Below, in pieces: positions 1-13,420 of a DNA stretch of 64,000 bases. Position 1 is the first letter of the stretch. Each line of letters starts with the position of its first letter. The DNA comes from Octopus vulgaris (taxonomy: Eukaryota): assembly GCA_951406725.2 (NCBI GenBank), contig OX597821.1, positions 55,180,001-55,244,000 of the forward strand, read 5' to 3'. The notes below the pieces were generated by a model. That model was not told where the DNA came from. It saw nothing but the letters and a program-made list of their open reading frames with translations, and searched no databases. Position numbers and translations under genes: made by a program.

Positions 1-1691
1 CAGCGCATGTGAGAACGTAGATAAGGTTCTCGGAGGAACAGGAGAAGTTAGTCTTGATTTTAAACTTCGTACCTTGTTTGAAGGTAAATTCAGAGCCTTC
101 AAGTAGAAAGGGGCAGGTACCACAGTTTGAGCGTGCACATTTTTTTACTGTTGGGGGTGGATGTGGTGTGTGAAGTTTGGCATTTGTCAAGAGTTTTTTT
201 AAAGATTTGTGTTGCTTTTTGCATTTGAGGATTTTGTGTGTATTTATAATGTTTTTCATTTTTGGGTCTGTTGACAGTAGACTGAGGTTTTGTATGATTG
301 TGGTGTATGCTTCGATATTTTTGGGGTTGTGGGTGGAAATGTATGGAAGTATTTTGAGGTTGTGTGTGGTGTTAGGTTGGGTGGTTTTCAGTGTAGTGTT
401 GTCTAGTTCTTTGGCGCGTTTTATTCCATACTCTATAAGGGTGGAGGGATATTGACGTTGTAATAGTGTTTTTTTGAGGTCTTGAAGGCGTATTTCTCGT
501 GTTTTTGGATCCGAGACAATGGTGCATACCCTTTTAGCTAAATTGAAAGGGATATTTGTCTTGGTGTGTTTTGGGTGGCATGAACTAAAGAGGAGGTATT
601 GTTGTGAGTCTGTAGGTTTGTGGTAGATGTCTGTTATGATTTCGTTCTTAGGTGTTTTTATAATTAGGAGATCAAGGAATGGGAGAAGATGTTTGCTTAA
701 TTCCATAGTGAATTGGATGTTGGGATGTATGTTGTTTAGTATGGTTTTGAATTCCAGGAGTTTTTCATAAGGTTCTTTCCATATGATGAAACAATCATCT
801 AAATACCTTTTCCAGTTTTCCATTAGGTAGGTGTGGAAAACATGTCCAAATTTCTGGCTTGATATTTCATAGAGTGACAGTTCGAAGTAACCCATTATGA
901 GGTTCGCAAGGACTGGTGCAGCCTTGGTACCCATCGCAATGCCACATTTTTGACGGTAGTGTGTGTCGTCGAAGAGAAAAAATTGTTTGTCAGAATGAAC
1001 TTAAGAGATTCTGTAATAAAAGACTTGTTAATGCGGTCAGGGAATGTCTCTGGGTGTTTTTCTAGCCAGAAATCAATTGCCTCTATACCATACTCATGTG
1101 GAATGTTGGTGTTGAGGTTGATGACATCAAAGGATACCAGGAGTGCCTCCTCGTTAACTGTTTTCGGGAGGTGTTTGAGCATGTCCAGATCATCCCTAAT
1201 GAAACGTTTGATGTGGGTAAGGAAAGGTTTCAAAAGGATGTCTAGGAAGTTACTCAGGCGGTGTGTTTCACAGGAGGTACCAGCCGCGATGGGCCTTAGT
1301 TTTAGGTCCTCCGGTGCTTTGATGTTGATGTGAATGTCAGTGGAGAGTTTGCAGGCTTCGGTGATGTATTTGTTTTTATGTATTTTAGGAAGGCCATAAA
1401 AAAGGCTGGGCTTGCATTTGAAAATGGTGATATAATCCCTTTCTTTTTCTGTGAGTCCCTGACCGTGTTGGCGTATGAGTGTGGTGAGGTTTCTGATTGT
1501 TTTTTGCTGTTTGTAGTTGTTAATAACCTCATAGAAAATGTTATTGTTAAGCATGGAGAACACTAGGTGTTTATAAAATTCCGTGTCCATAAGGACCACA
1601 GCACTCCCTTTGTCCGCTTCTTTGATGGTGAGGTTTTTATCCAGTTGTATGTCACGTAGGTTTTCCCATTCTTCCTTGCTGAAATTGGATT
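1..1691 (-). mobile_element. Penelope-like retroelement (Neptune-type), 5'-truncated RT-GIY-YIG ORF running off the left edge; one -1 frameshift at ~977-982
   Basis: Minus-strand translation gives the PLE RT motifs IKEADKGSAVV, FYGLPKIHK, LRPI and SFDVINL. After a 1-nt shift in the A6 run it continues FDDTHYRQKCGIAMGTKAAP and WKRYLDDCF (~791-814), then FLDL, DIYHKPT and the Cys-rich linker. Confidence 0.93.
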
Positions 1692-2623
1692 TTATAAAAA
1701 CACCTAAGAACGAAATCATAACAGACATCTACCACAAACCTACAGACTCACAACAATACCTCCTCTTTAGTTCATGCCACCCAAAACACACCAAGACAAA
1801 TATCCCTTTCAATTTAGCTAAAAGGGTATGCACCATTGTCTCGAATCCAAAAACACGAGAAATACGCCTTCAAGACCTCAAAAAAACACTATTACAACGT
1901 CAATATCCCTCCACCCTTATAGAGTATGGAATAAAACGCGCCAAAGAACTAGACAACACTACACTGAAAACCACCCAACCTAACACCGCACACAACCTCA
2001 AAATACTTCCATACATTTCCACCCACAACCCCAAAAATATCGAAGCATACACCACAATCATACAAAACCTCAGTCTACTGTCAACAGACCCAAAACTGAA
2101 AAACATTATAAATACACACAAAATCCTCAAATGCAAAAGGCAACACAAATCTTTAAAAAAACTCTTGACAAATGCCAAACTTCACACACCACATCCACCC
2201 CCAACAGTAAAAGAATGTGCACGCTCAAACTGTGGTACCTGCCCCTTTCTACTACTTGAAGGCTCTGAATTTACCTTCAAACAAGGTACGAAGTTTAAAA
2301 TCAAGACTAACTTCTCCTGTTCCTCCGAGAACCTTATCTACGTTCTCACATGCGCTGGTTGCCAACATAATTATGTTGGACAAACGAGTCTCCCGTTACG
2401 TAAACGAGTAACGGTGCATAAAGAACAAATAAATCTCCCGGAATACCGACAAATTCCACTGAGTGACCACTTAGACTCATGTGCTAAAGACTTAAACCCC
2501 AAATTCTATATATTCCCCTTCTACCAATGTAAAGACGGGATCACCACACAGGAGAGAATTAACAAGGAGAATCTCTTTATTGAAAAATTCCAAACACAAC
2601 TTAATATGCAAACTCCTCGTTGA
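1692..2623 (+). pseudogene. Inverted second PLE copy: RT thumb, Cys-rich linker and C-terminal GIY-YIG endonuclease (5'-truncated)
   Basis: ORF 1583..2623 from IKTPKNE onward contains DIYHKPTD..YL.FSSCHP, CARSNCGTCP and NLIYVLTCAGCQHNYVGQT..LRKR..H. Positions 1692-2357 are the reverse complement of 1-663. Confidence 0.93.
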
Positions 2624-3442
2624 TCAAACTTCCTTTCTCTACCTCACTCTTCATGGATGGACTAACACAAATATATAAAGATACCATGCATTCATCACTT
2701 CAAGCTAAAACTTATATTCTTTAAATATCATTTTTACTATTGTTGTTATTACTATCATTTTTATTATAAATGATATGACAATTTGAAATGCAATTATCTA
2801 TGCAGATTTATATTATTAGAAAATAATATAAATAAAGTGTTAAAATCTGAAAGTTAAGTTAACAAGCAATTATATAAAAAAGATAATGCAAATGAAGCTA
2901 AAATGATAGTTTTATAATTTGGGTTTTATTGAAGAACTCAAAAGAGTTGTCTCCCCTTACTCACAACACAGGAACTGAAGAACCAGGACCACAATTACTA
3001 CTACTTCCTGTCCTGCAAACATGCTGAATTTAACAACACAACACAACACATGCTCTTAATCCCTTTGGATCTTAACACCTCAAGGTAATTTTTTCGTAAA
3101 CAACCATAAAACTCAAGATACACAACGAACTCACAATGTATCGGAGAACTTATTTTTTAATTTTTGTACATTTTTATCATTATTCTTTTACAAAAAACAA
3201 TGCAACTTTCTTTTTTTCCCCTTTCTAATTTTTAAAAAAACTTCTTAAAACATAAATATTCTTGACAAGTCATACAATGACGAAAACCGGTTGAATAAAT
3301 ATATATTTATATATTTTATCAATTTCTCATTTTATTAAAATGTTCTTTCATTTGAGCATTCTGCATTTAAAAAAAAAAAAAAAAAATTTTCCTTACTTAT
3401 CATTTCTCCACGTGCGGTCAACACAACCCCACCATTTATTGA

Positions 3443-3444
<2 letters not shown>
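2624..3444 (+). mobile_element. PLE 3' UTR / pseudo-LTR ending at a (TA)n tract
   Basis: AT-rich non-coding region after the GIY-YIG stop. It contains an HHR motif and AATAAA and ends abruptly at (TA)n at ~3445. Confidence 0.75.
3257..3297 (+). ncRNA. Minimal type-I hammerhead ribozyme motif in the PLE pLTR (U3-A8 variant)
   Basis: TATTC / TTGACAA / GTCAT-aca-ATGAC / GAAA / ACCGG-T-T / GAATA: stem I, covaried core, stem II and palindromic stem III. Confidence 0.75.
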
Positions 3445-3489
<45 letters not shown>

Positions 3490-3543
3490 ATATACATGTA
3501 GATGTAGGTACGTAAATATATGTATGTATGTATGCATATATTT

Positions 3544-3586
<43 letters not shown>

Positions 3587-3942
3587 GTTAAATCCTTTTT
3601 TAAAAGCAGTAACAGCAGAAAAAATTCCAAGGACGTATGGATTTTGAAAACATTATAACATATAATGATGTGACACGTACTATTGGTCTCATATTTATAG
3701 TCTTAGATGGCTCGGTTACTGAAGAGTATTTGACTAGTAAATTATCTCCTTTACTAAAAAAATCCGTAACCTATATGTATAACCGTAAAAACAAGGTAAA
3801 GGTTCTTATTTCTTCATTCCCTTTGAAATTGCTTAAATTTTGAGGTTTTCAGTCACTTTGACTGTCTCCTAGCGTGTAGAAATTGCCTGCGATAGGTAAT
3901 TTCTCTTTATGTTTAAATGTACACTATTATATATATATATAC

Positions 3943-4049
<107 letters not shown>

Positions 4050-5610
4050 CGTATGTATATTTGCGTATATGTATCTCTATGTATACAAACATATAGATAT
4101 TTTATCATTTGTAATTTTATTCCTTTTTCTTAGTACAGCCTGCGGGCATTTGTCCCCGAAAATATAATAAATTTGTATATTTCATTATGTGCTAGGAAAC
4201 AATTATGGAGGAGTACAATCTCGGAAACAGAAGTATATAGTTTTGTGACTGGCTGATTGTGAGATGTTTTGTGAATGATAGAACTAGTTTGTCGTTTCGA
4301 AACTATTCTCTTTTCTGTTGGAAACCATGACAATATAACTCAATCACAAGTTTTACGTGTTTGGGCGACTTTGCTTATATGTTTGTGAATTTGTACAAAT
4401 ACTGTTGATTTCAGTCTCAGTCACGTAGAAATTTATCTCTGTGAGTAACAGAGAAAAGGGCTGTGCATGTGTATACATGTGTATGTATGTGTGTGTGCAG
4501 ATTTGAAGAAAGGTGCAGCATAAAGAATTCGATTGTCAAATGTATAGAAGAAGTAGTTTATTGCAAACTGTTTTGATGAGGTTTCATAATTTTTTAAAGC
4601 TGAATCTGAAATAAAAACTACCTGTTTATATATTACACAGGCCGTAAACGAATCAAACTTCTGTGTCATAAATTATTGCAGTGTCCTCCTTTATTTAATG
4701 CGCTGTCTGTCCTTTGGGTATCATTAATTGAACTCGGTCCCTTGTAATCGTTTGTGCCAGGTTTCCTCCCTTCTTTTTACTAGTCAAGTGACACCCCTCC
4801 GCCCCAAACGGTCGTGGGCTCCGCGTTTTCTCCGATTAAACATTATTTCAAATATCACTGCCTTGTGGATATCTAACCTGATTTTTCCCGTAGAAGGCTT
4901 AGTATAAGTGAAATAGCTAGATGGACACTGCAATAACTAATTAGTTTATTGTTGGAGAGCTGGCATCTGCTGCTAGTACGTATCTCCAACTAAACTGAAC
5001 ATCTTTCTTTTCAGAAAGAAATAACCGGAAATGTGTGCGCGCGCACACACATGGTCTATTTCCTATTCATCATGCAATATTTTACAGCTAACTTTTACGC
5101 ATATACCAACATCAAACGACGACATCGTATGACCTTACTCGACCAATCGCAGCCTACTCTACGGTAATTCAAAATGACAAAGAACTAGCATCACGCTTGA
5201 AACTCAAAGGTACCAACGAATTTAAATTAAACCGTTTTGATCCATACGTGTAACTCCCATTAGCAATTTATTGAATGCCCTTCTTTCGTTTTTCGTTTGT
5301 CTACTCACTCGTGTATATATATATGTTTAACTTGTTTAGGACAAATGTTGCAGAAAGCGCTTTTAACAGCTCCTTTGTTTCTTGTCAGATGCTACTTTAA
5401 CCGCGCGCGCGCGCTCATACACACACGTCCATCTGCACTGAAATCTCATCAGAATGCTTTGGATAATAGAGATATACCATTTTTCTTAGATCTTTACATC
5501 GGATATCCTATCTTGCCATTTTATGTTGCATATGTTGCATATAACAGCACATGTAGGAATTTCTTTATATGTTCGTGGTAAGGAGTCCATGCTTCAGTTC
5601 CATATAGAAG

Positions 5611-5653
<43 letters not shown>

Positions 5654-7149
5654 TAGGAAGTGAAAACTTTGAAATCTTTGAATTTATATAATGACAATAC
5701 ATTCAAATACACGAACAAACTCATTGTGGCAGAACTTATATCGGAAGAAATGATTTGCGGAAGCAATTTTAGTGTATTAGAACGTGAAGGTTTGACCATC
5801 AGATGCTAGATCATGTTTGATTGTAATCTGAATAGCCACTCTGATACATGAGTGTGTATATTGAGTACTCCCATCTACATGTAAATACCAGTGCATTGCG
5901 ATACATCAAATTCAATTTCACCTCAACAATAATTGACGTTTAAGAAAACCTCTGACTTTGTAAAATTCCAGTTTTCTGATACAGTTTTGTTTATGATATA
6001 GACGTGTAGTAGAGTTGGAAGATTTCAGCAAGTTCTTTTTGCCTCGGAAAGTAAAGACTCTAACCCTTCCTGTAAGTCACAAATGTCTTCTAAATATGTC
6101 AGATGTTCGGAGAGATATTTGAGACGGCGTAAGTTCTCTGTGGTTGGTAATTAATTTTCGTAATATTAACACTTATATTTCAATTCAGGTACTGATTGTT
6201 GAGAAATCATTCTGTCTCAAGGTGACATAACCAAGATGTCTTTAAGAAAATTGAGAAGACAGATAGTGCCTTGAGAATTAAAACTGACAGATAAACATTG
6301 CATAACTTATTGCCTCATTGATATATCTGGAAAGCTTATTGTATGCTTATGAATTCATTAATATTTACAAGTAATCTCATTACAGATTGTTTACTTTAAA
6401 ACTCTAAACTTAACCGTTATCCTTGCAAGTTAAAGTTTTAGTTTGTGGATGAAATCAACTCCAAGAGATAAATTGCAATACTTTATGAATATGCATATAC
6501 TCTCTAGTGTCTGAGCAGCGATTGAAATTGGTTTGGGGATTAAGCTGTTCACAAAGCCTGATAGTGAATCTAATATGCAATATTATACATAGATGAAGAA
6601 CAGTTATCATCAACACATAATTCAAGTATTTATTTTCAAATTACTGTTTCATGAAAAATTGTTGTAGAACAAGAGTAAACTTTAAATGCCAAAGACGTCG
6701 TTTTTTCTAAAGTTTCTACAAATTATTATTGCTAACTGGCAATTATAGCACAATTACATATCATCAGATTAAAAGGATGTGTTGCTGAGCCTCACGTAAA
6801 CGTATTTGAACAAAACTATGGCCCAAATCGTTCCAGTCAAGACCAACAGGGCTTTTAAGAATATAATCTATTATAATATTTAATGTGGCCTTCTTTATTT
6901 AGCTATGTCTAGTAAGTCGAATCACCAAGCATGATCAGATTGAAAGGTGTAGGAACCGAAATAAAATAGATCAGTTAAGCAAGAAATGAATTAAGTACTC
7001 ATGACACAAGACACACAACTGGTATTGATTGGGGCCAAAGTTACCAGACATAGTGCATTATGTATGAAAATAACTAGAACGGTGACGTTCATAATTAAGA
7101 TTGAACTTTTAAAAGGTCTTGTCAGAAATAAAAGCACAGAAATACAATA

Positions 7150-8240
7150 TGGTGATAACATTTTAGGATAAGCACTCGGGTGCTGATGGTGTAGCTGTAC
7201 ACCGTCTCCGAATGTAGCAATTGATGTCTCATCAACCGGTGAAGCAGTACCTTCCTCTATGTCATCAGAACTTCCCAGGGCCACCGATTGATGTAGGTGA
7301 CGAAATTCTCTCATAACAGCACAAGCTTTGTTGAGTCGGATCTTGCGATTCCGACTTAGATGTTTCTGTCATTCTCAATGCTCGTTCTTGCTGTAGCACT
7401 CATCCGCTTTCCTGAACCAAATGTAACGACTCACTTTCTCAGAGGCTTCCGACAATATGTTTTCTCTCCTTTGCAATAAGTCTAAGCATCCTGAGCATTG
7501 AGTGAACGCTGGTTCCAACAAATGCGTTAACACCTATCTCTACCGGAAGTCATATTAACTCCCATATATTATTTTCACTGAGTTCAACCACCTCACTGTC
7601 TTTTCTCAGGAAAGCGTCTTTGATGTTACCTCTTCCACCTTTACTTTATCTCTTCCCTTGCACCGACAAGGTATTGTTTGGCAGTAAAACGCGGGAATTA
7701 ATATTTACCGTCAGGGTTAACGAGGAGCTCCAAAGTCTCTTCCCGTTTTGAATCAGTTTTCTCTCATAAGGTGGCTGGCTAACAGCATTACCCTTCTCTA
7801 CAAAACTCTTTCTTCCTATATACTACTAAACGCGGTCTTTCGCCGTTGTTAATTTACTTCACGCTCTCCGCCAGTGCATTAGGCAGTAATTTGTTATGCC
7901 ACCCAAGTGTATCAGACCAAATGGGTAATTAGAGAGAATGTGCCTCATGATTCCGACCTTTCGCATTTGCGCAGACCACTCAATCCTATTTTCGAAAGCT
8001 TTTGCTTTGCAGGACTAGGAAGCATGCCATAGATGGTAGGAATCAGAAAACAGATATTGCCCAGCTTCCCTGACCAGTAATCTTTCCATCCTAACTTTTG
8101 CCTACCCATAAACTCCTCCCAGGCTGCACACTGTCCTTGCTGACTACATTGTACAAGCTCCATATAGTGGCTTCTGCCTCTTCATCCTTAATTTGACTGG
8201 TTACTTCAGTCCTCTTCTCCTCGTCTATTGCACAGTGTTT
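7150..8240 (-). mobile_element. Degenerate HERO/NeSL-like RLE non-LTR retrotransposon, 3' fragment
   Basis: QGQCAAWEE..RQKLGWKDYWS..ICFLIPTIYGMLPSPA, WHNKLL and LPVEIGVNAFVG resemble the C-terminal RLE region of HERO-type elements. Many stops and frameshifts. Confidence 0.6.
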
Positions 8241-9554
8241 TAAACTCTATGTTCACTAAATTTTATCTGGAGCTCAATACAGTCATTTCTCTTATTCCAA
8301 TAGAAAACAAAAAGAAAATCTTCCTTATAACGAATTTCTTTTGAAATTACTCCTTAAGTCAAACTATAAATTTGATTTTAAAGTATTCTACATAGAATTT
8401 ACTCGAAAAATCATGTTATAAATAAAATATTTATTAATAATTTTTTTCGAATTTCTACGCAGTGGGATTAAACCAGGAACCGCGTAGTTGCAGAGAGATT
8501 TTCTAACTGCACCAGCCTCTATATCTACCGTTGCCTGATTAACTGTTGCATCTCATTTATTATTTAGGCCATATTAGCTTCTTTAGCACAAGTTCACTTA
8601 TTGAATGATATATCGATCTCGTCCGTTCTATTTCTCATTCGAACTAATTAGAATATAGATTTATTGATTGGTTGGTTGCCCAATTTCCACCACAAGAGGT
8701 CGCCCTGAAAGACAAATAGCTATTATGCTTTTTTGTGAATTTTTGTTGCCATTTTATTTTATCTATATTTCCTTCTCGATTAACGCGTTATTTCAAGTGA
8801 GCGACATGAACAATTTGTAATGTTAACTGCCAGAGGAAATTACAAACTTATTACGTTAATACATTTATAACATTGTAAAACTGCTTCCCAAAGGCTAGTC
8901 TGCCTCCTCAGAGTCAGAAAATGCTTCAGTTCTTAGTAATTGTTGACCTTCTACAAAGCTGAATTGCAACCTACATTAGATTCATAATGTACATAAGTGG
9001 AACAAAGGTAAAGTTACACACATACACCTTCACTGCAAATATTTTATACCAACTAACCAGTTTAGATTCAGATACGCTACAAATACAGATGAATTGTAGG
9101 TTTTCTGTACCACTTCTTGGTGATAAAGATTTTCCATTTCGTATGCCATTCTATAAGGCCGTCTTTCCTGCTCTAATCATCTTTATTTCATATCTCATCC
9201 AAAATATAATAAAATCTTTTCTCAAACATGCCTCAGCTAGGTCCTATGTATAGAGACACACAGAACTCACTTTGTGACATACTTTTCCTACATATACAGA
9301 GCCATAAACTGGATCCTGTAAGCGTTTGATTGACTTGCTAGAAATGACAGCTAAATATTCGTCATATCAAAACTTACCATCTTGAAATATATGCAAAGAT
9401 ACACTGGACAATGTAGTCGTAGTTGTATAAAAACTACAGGATATTTATAGGTGAACATTTTTTTAATATTCGTCTGCTCCACCAAGACTGACATATGTGT
9501 AATAATAAAAACAGAAGCAACAATTCCAATCAACAGAATTTTAAGTTTTTATAA

Positions 9555-9810
9555 TCTAATCGTTAAACTGCAGTCATGCTGGGAACCGCCTTGAAAGATT
9601 TTAGCCGAACGAATAATTTTTAAAAGCCTTTTACTTATTCTATTGGTTTCTTTTACCAAACCGCTAAGTTACGAGAACGAAGCACACCAACAACGGTTGT
9701 CAAATGTTGGTCACATATACGCACACACGCACGCGCGAATGCGCGCACACACACATACACGCACGCGCACTTATATATACATATACACTATGGGTTTCTT
9801 TCAGTTTCTC
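9555..9810 (-). mobile_element. tRNA-derived SINE family 1, partial degenerate copy
   Basis: Aligns in reverse to the 3' half of 58438-58860 (ccgctaagttac, acggttgtcaa, tttcagtttc). Confidence 0.7.
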
Positions 9811-10065
9811 AGGTGAAGAGAAAATATCAACATTATTTCTGCAAGAAAAACAGACTTCTCTGAATATATTTCAGGCTTATAAGACCTCTTCAGAGAAACA
9901 TACTCTACTCGACCGAAGTAGTGGTAAGAAAAAAATCACTAACATTACAGTATTGTAACAAAAACTGGCATATTCTAGAGAAAGAAAGCATGAAGGCTAA
10001 CTCTTCCGTAATAGAACACAAAATTAAGGTGACAATAATTCAAGAATGTTATACAATTATAGACT

Positions 10066-10475
10066 GCGTGGTAAGAAGCTTGATTACCAACCACATGGTT
10101 CCAGGTTCAGTCCCGCTGTGTGGCACCTTAAGACAAGTGTCTTTTACCAAAGACTCGGTCTGACAAAAGCCTTGTGAGTGGGATTTGGTAGATGTAAACT
10201 GAAAGAAGCCCGTCGTATATAAATATGTGTGTATGTGTTCGTGTGCGTGTGTATGTGTGTGTGTGTATCTATGAGGGTTTGTGTTTGTCTCTCACTACGA
10301 CTTGACAATCTGTGTTGGTGTGTTTATATCCCCATAACCAAACGGTTCGGCAAAAGAGACCGATAAAATAAGTACTAGGCTTTAAAAAAATCCTGGGTTC
10401 GATTTGTATGACTAAATCCCTTCAAGACGGCGCCCTAGCATGGCCACCGTCAAGTGACTGGAACAGGTAAAGAAA
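10066..10475 (+). mobile_element. tRNA-derived SINE family 1
   Basis: Box B-like GGTTCAGTCCC, body cttgtgagtgg..ttggtaga..aactgaaagaagcccgtcg, internal (TG)n, 3' agcatggcc..gtca..tgactg. Confidence 0.85.
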
Positions 10476-10552
10476 ATCCTTTTTGGCATTAAAAAAAACC
10501 GAAGCAACACAACAAGACACTGGATGTATATAGTGTTGTAAATATTCTGTAA

Positions 10553-11065
10553 TCTATATATATAAAACTGTAGTTGTGTGAGTGTCTGTCCCCTTCGATT
10601 TAGATTCCTAACTCCTTCCACATTTTGCGGTGCAGTTTAACCAAATTCGACTATCTTATAGTCGTGATTCATATCGAGCCCGTCTGAGTATTAGCGCGCG
10701 TCTACGATGCGTCTACGATTTTAAAAATAATTTAACATCATTTTTTATTCCATTTTAATGCATAATTTTTCGTATGTCGATGGCGGCGGAGTTGGCGTCC
10801 ATGGTCACACCTGCACCTGTTTGCTTCTCCCCCTTCGTCCCTCCCTCGTGAAGCTGTGGGGAAGGGAGTGTAAGGAAATCAACGTCGTAAAGCGTTGTCA
10901 AGGAGACCAGCGTTCTTTTAGAACAACGACTTCATGGCTTGAAGACACCAAAACAGAAATGGCTAAGAAAGCCCGAATTGGCATCTATAAGGGAAGTAAC
11001 TCTCTAAAAATGCTTATATAGTTATTTCCCTTACAAACCCGAGCAACGCCGGGCGATACTGCTAG
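10553..11065 (+). mobile_element. Non-autonomous Helitron
   Basis: Begins A|TCTATATATATAAAA and ends with the hairpin CCCGAGCAACGCCGGG about 8 nt before CTAG|T. Inserted between A and T with no TSD. Confidence 0.85.
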
Positions 11066-11444
11066 TATATAATATAATACGTTTTCTTTTCAAGCTGGAT
11101 ACCTTGTCGAATTCCACTTGTCCTATTTTAGTTTGCGAATATAATGCTTAATGCTATTTAGCAACTTCGTAATTTTGCAGTAAAATTATCTCTCATCCAT
11201 ACTTGGAATTAACATAGGATAACGTATGCTAAATAGCTAGCCAGAGAATCAGACACTGCATAATGTTTAATGGTGAATTTATTTGATAATCCTTTGTACT
11301 AATTTGGTAGAAATGAGAGAGATTATTGAATAAATTCTGACTGATTGCCCAATAAAAATGAAATTCGTCAGCAAGTTTGTCGGTTGATTGTTCATTTGAG
11401 ATGTAATACTTAACTCTTTGTATCAGAAAACGCTCGTGACTGTG

Positions 11445-11575
11445 TGCGGTATGGTTAAATCGAGGATGATTTGGTATACCATGGTTTCGTTAATAGCTTC
11501 AAGTACTGGTAAACAGACAGAGACTCAGTCCAGTGGTGTCTGAAAGCTAAAAACAAAGAGCGTTGTAGCACACAT
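11445..11575 (+). mobile_element. Degenerate SINE family 2 fragment
   Basis: ggtgtc.tgaaagctaaaa...agcgttgtagcac resembles the 3' end of 47198-47490. Confidence 0.4.
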
Positions 11576-11589
11576 GAAAAGCAAGGCGT

Positions 11590-11746
11590 TTTCCCCTTGT
11601 TTCTTTCTGTGTTCCTTTCTGTGGAAGAGCGTAGGCTCGAAATGTTAGAGACATTTTCTATACCCGAGCGTTATACTAATACATCTGTTTGTTTTCTACA
11701 CCACCTGTCTTCGTCTTTTCTTTTTTTTTTCTTGAATTCCTCCCCG

Positions 11747-11747
<1 letters not shown>
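11590..11747 (+). mobile_element. HHR cassette family A, copy 1 (HHR motif 11615-11650)
   Basis: cttt-CTGTGGAA-gagc-gtag-gctc-GAAA-tg-TT-agag. The downstream body aligns with 45723-45814 and ends at (TA)n. Confidence 0.75.
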
Positions 11748-11788
<41 letters not shown>

Positions 11789-11819
11789 ATACAGAGAGAG
11801 AGAGAGAGAGAGAGAAAAG

Positions 11820-13420
11820 GGTGCTTGGGTGCTCTTTATGCCCGGTCAGAGAGCTATCAATTCCTCATACCGAGAACTATGCCAAAGCTGCCTGAGGAAG
11901 GAGAAAAATTCCTGCCAAAGGGACCAAAGGATAAAGAGAAAGCCCTAAGGGAAAAAGTCACACATCACCTGAACCCAAACGAATGTACTGCGCAGTACTT
12001 CCTACAGTCAACTCTATCCAGATACCGTTATAAGGGCTGCAGCTGAGTAACAAATTTTTATATGCATTGCACAAAAGAATGTATACATCAATTTCAGAGT
12101 GGCTGTCATCCTCACCAACATACAAGACCACCACAGCCAATGAACTCACCCATAGTGTCCATCACTGGCATTAGAAAATATGCCACTTCAATATTCTTTT
12201 TAGACATTAGAAGACTGTTACAACCCAGTAACAGAACTAAAATCACCTTCCTGAGAGAAATTGGGACATGCAATTGAACCTTATGCGTAGCACTCACTAA
12301 AACGCACCCAAAACCCGGCATCGCAGATGCAGAAGTACACGTACCAAAGTATGTTATATTACAAAGTGACATAAAAGATAAGAGTCGGGGTAGAGTTGCA
12401 ATGTACATCCGTGAAGGTCTCAGATCCCAGGTCCTTTTTGCCATACGCAAACTCGGTGTGTGACACACTAATAGTATAACTCGATATAGTTATATTTATT
12501 GCTTTACTTATTGCCCATCAAATACTGCAAATTACACGGGCCTATTTAAAGACTGACTTGCAAAAATAGAAGTCCTAAACAAATTAGAACAAGACATCAG
12601 TAAACTTTTCATGGGAGACTTCATCTTTCTCAACGTAGGATGACACGAAAGCATCTTTCTCTCAGGATTGATTCTGTGTGAACAAAGACAGGTGGAATCC
12701 CTGCTCAACATCACCAACACGTTGTACTCTTAGATGGAGCAAGTAGAACCTCAACCAAACAGAACAAACAATATACTTGATCTCTATTTCAGAGACAGAT
12801 CTCATCCACAGTCTGAAAGTAACACTGACTCTAGTCTCGGATTACAATATAATAGAGCTGACCATGTGTGGAGTAAAGTGACCCACAGACATGCAGCCAA
12901 TGAGAAGCATCCAATCGAAATCTATTCAATTTGAACTATCATAAATCAGATTGGAAATCAATTGAGAAAGAGTTCATCAAACAGGATTGACCCCAGTGTC
13001 TCTCTACACCTGACATCGATATGAAACTCAAAGAATTCATGTCTGTAATGCAAGGAATATGCTATAAAGGTCACTGTACAATTCCCAGAGAGAGGAAAGC
13101 TTTTAATAGATGTACAAAGATTGCAAACCACCTAAACAGAGAACTCAATTGCAGCGAAAAATCTCGCCTGGAAACATTATTTCTGGACATTGGTAAATAT
13201 CTGAAACGTTCCCATGAGAAAGAAAGAGCAGACGAAGCAGTGTAGGATATCGTAAATATATAATCAAACCTTAAAAACTTCTTTAAGTATGCCAGAGAAA
13301 CTTGCACCGTGCATTGCAGAGTAAGGCCACTCTTCCATAAAGATAGCTCTCTTACAGGAAACCTAAGGTCGATAGACTAATCACTGAATGAACAATTCAA
13401 AAGTGTTTTCACCTTACCAT
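11820..13420 (+). mobile_element. Degenerate CR1-group LINE (ORF1 remnant, APE endonuclease and linker)
   Basis: VALTKTHPKPGIADAEVHVPKY..SRGRVAMYIREG, MGDF, PNRTNNILDLYF, KNFFKYAR, LNEQFKSVF. Homologous in layout to ORF2 at 48155-51235, with many stops. Confidence 0.8.

Noticed and set aside
1583-1728. N-termini of ORFs 1583..2623 and 895..1728
   Set aside because: Artefacts of reading across the inversion junction into antisense sequence.
2970-3030. CTGAAGA followed by a caggac/gtcctg stem in the PLE 3' UTR
   Set aside because: CAAA instead of GAAA and no stem I.
7240-7320. CTGATGA on the minus strand in the HERO-like 3' UTR
   Set aside because: No correctly placed GAAA, and the stems could not be closed.
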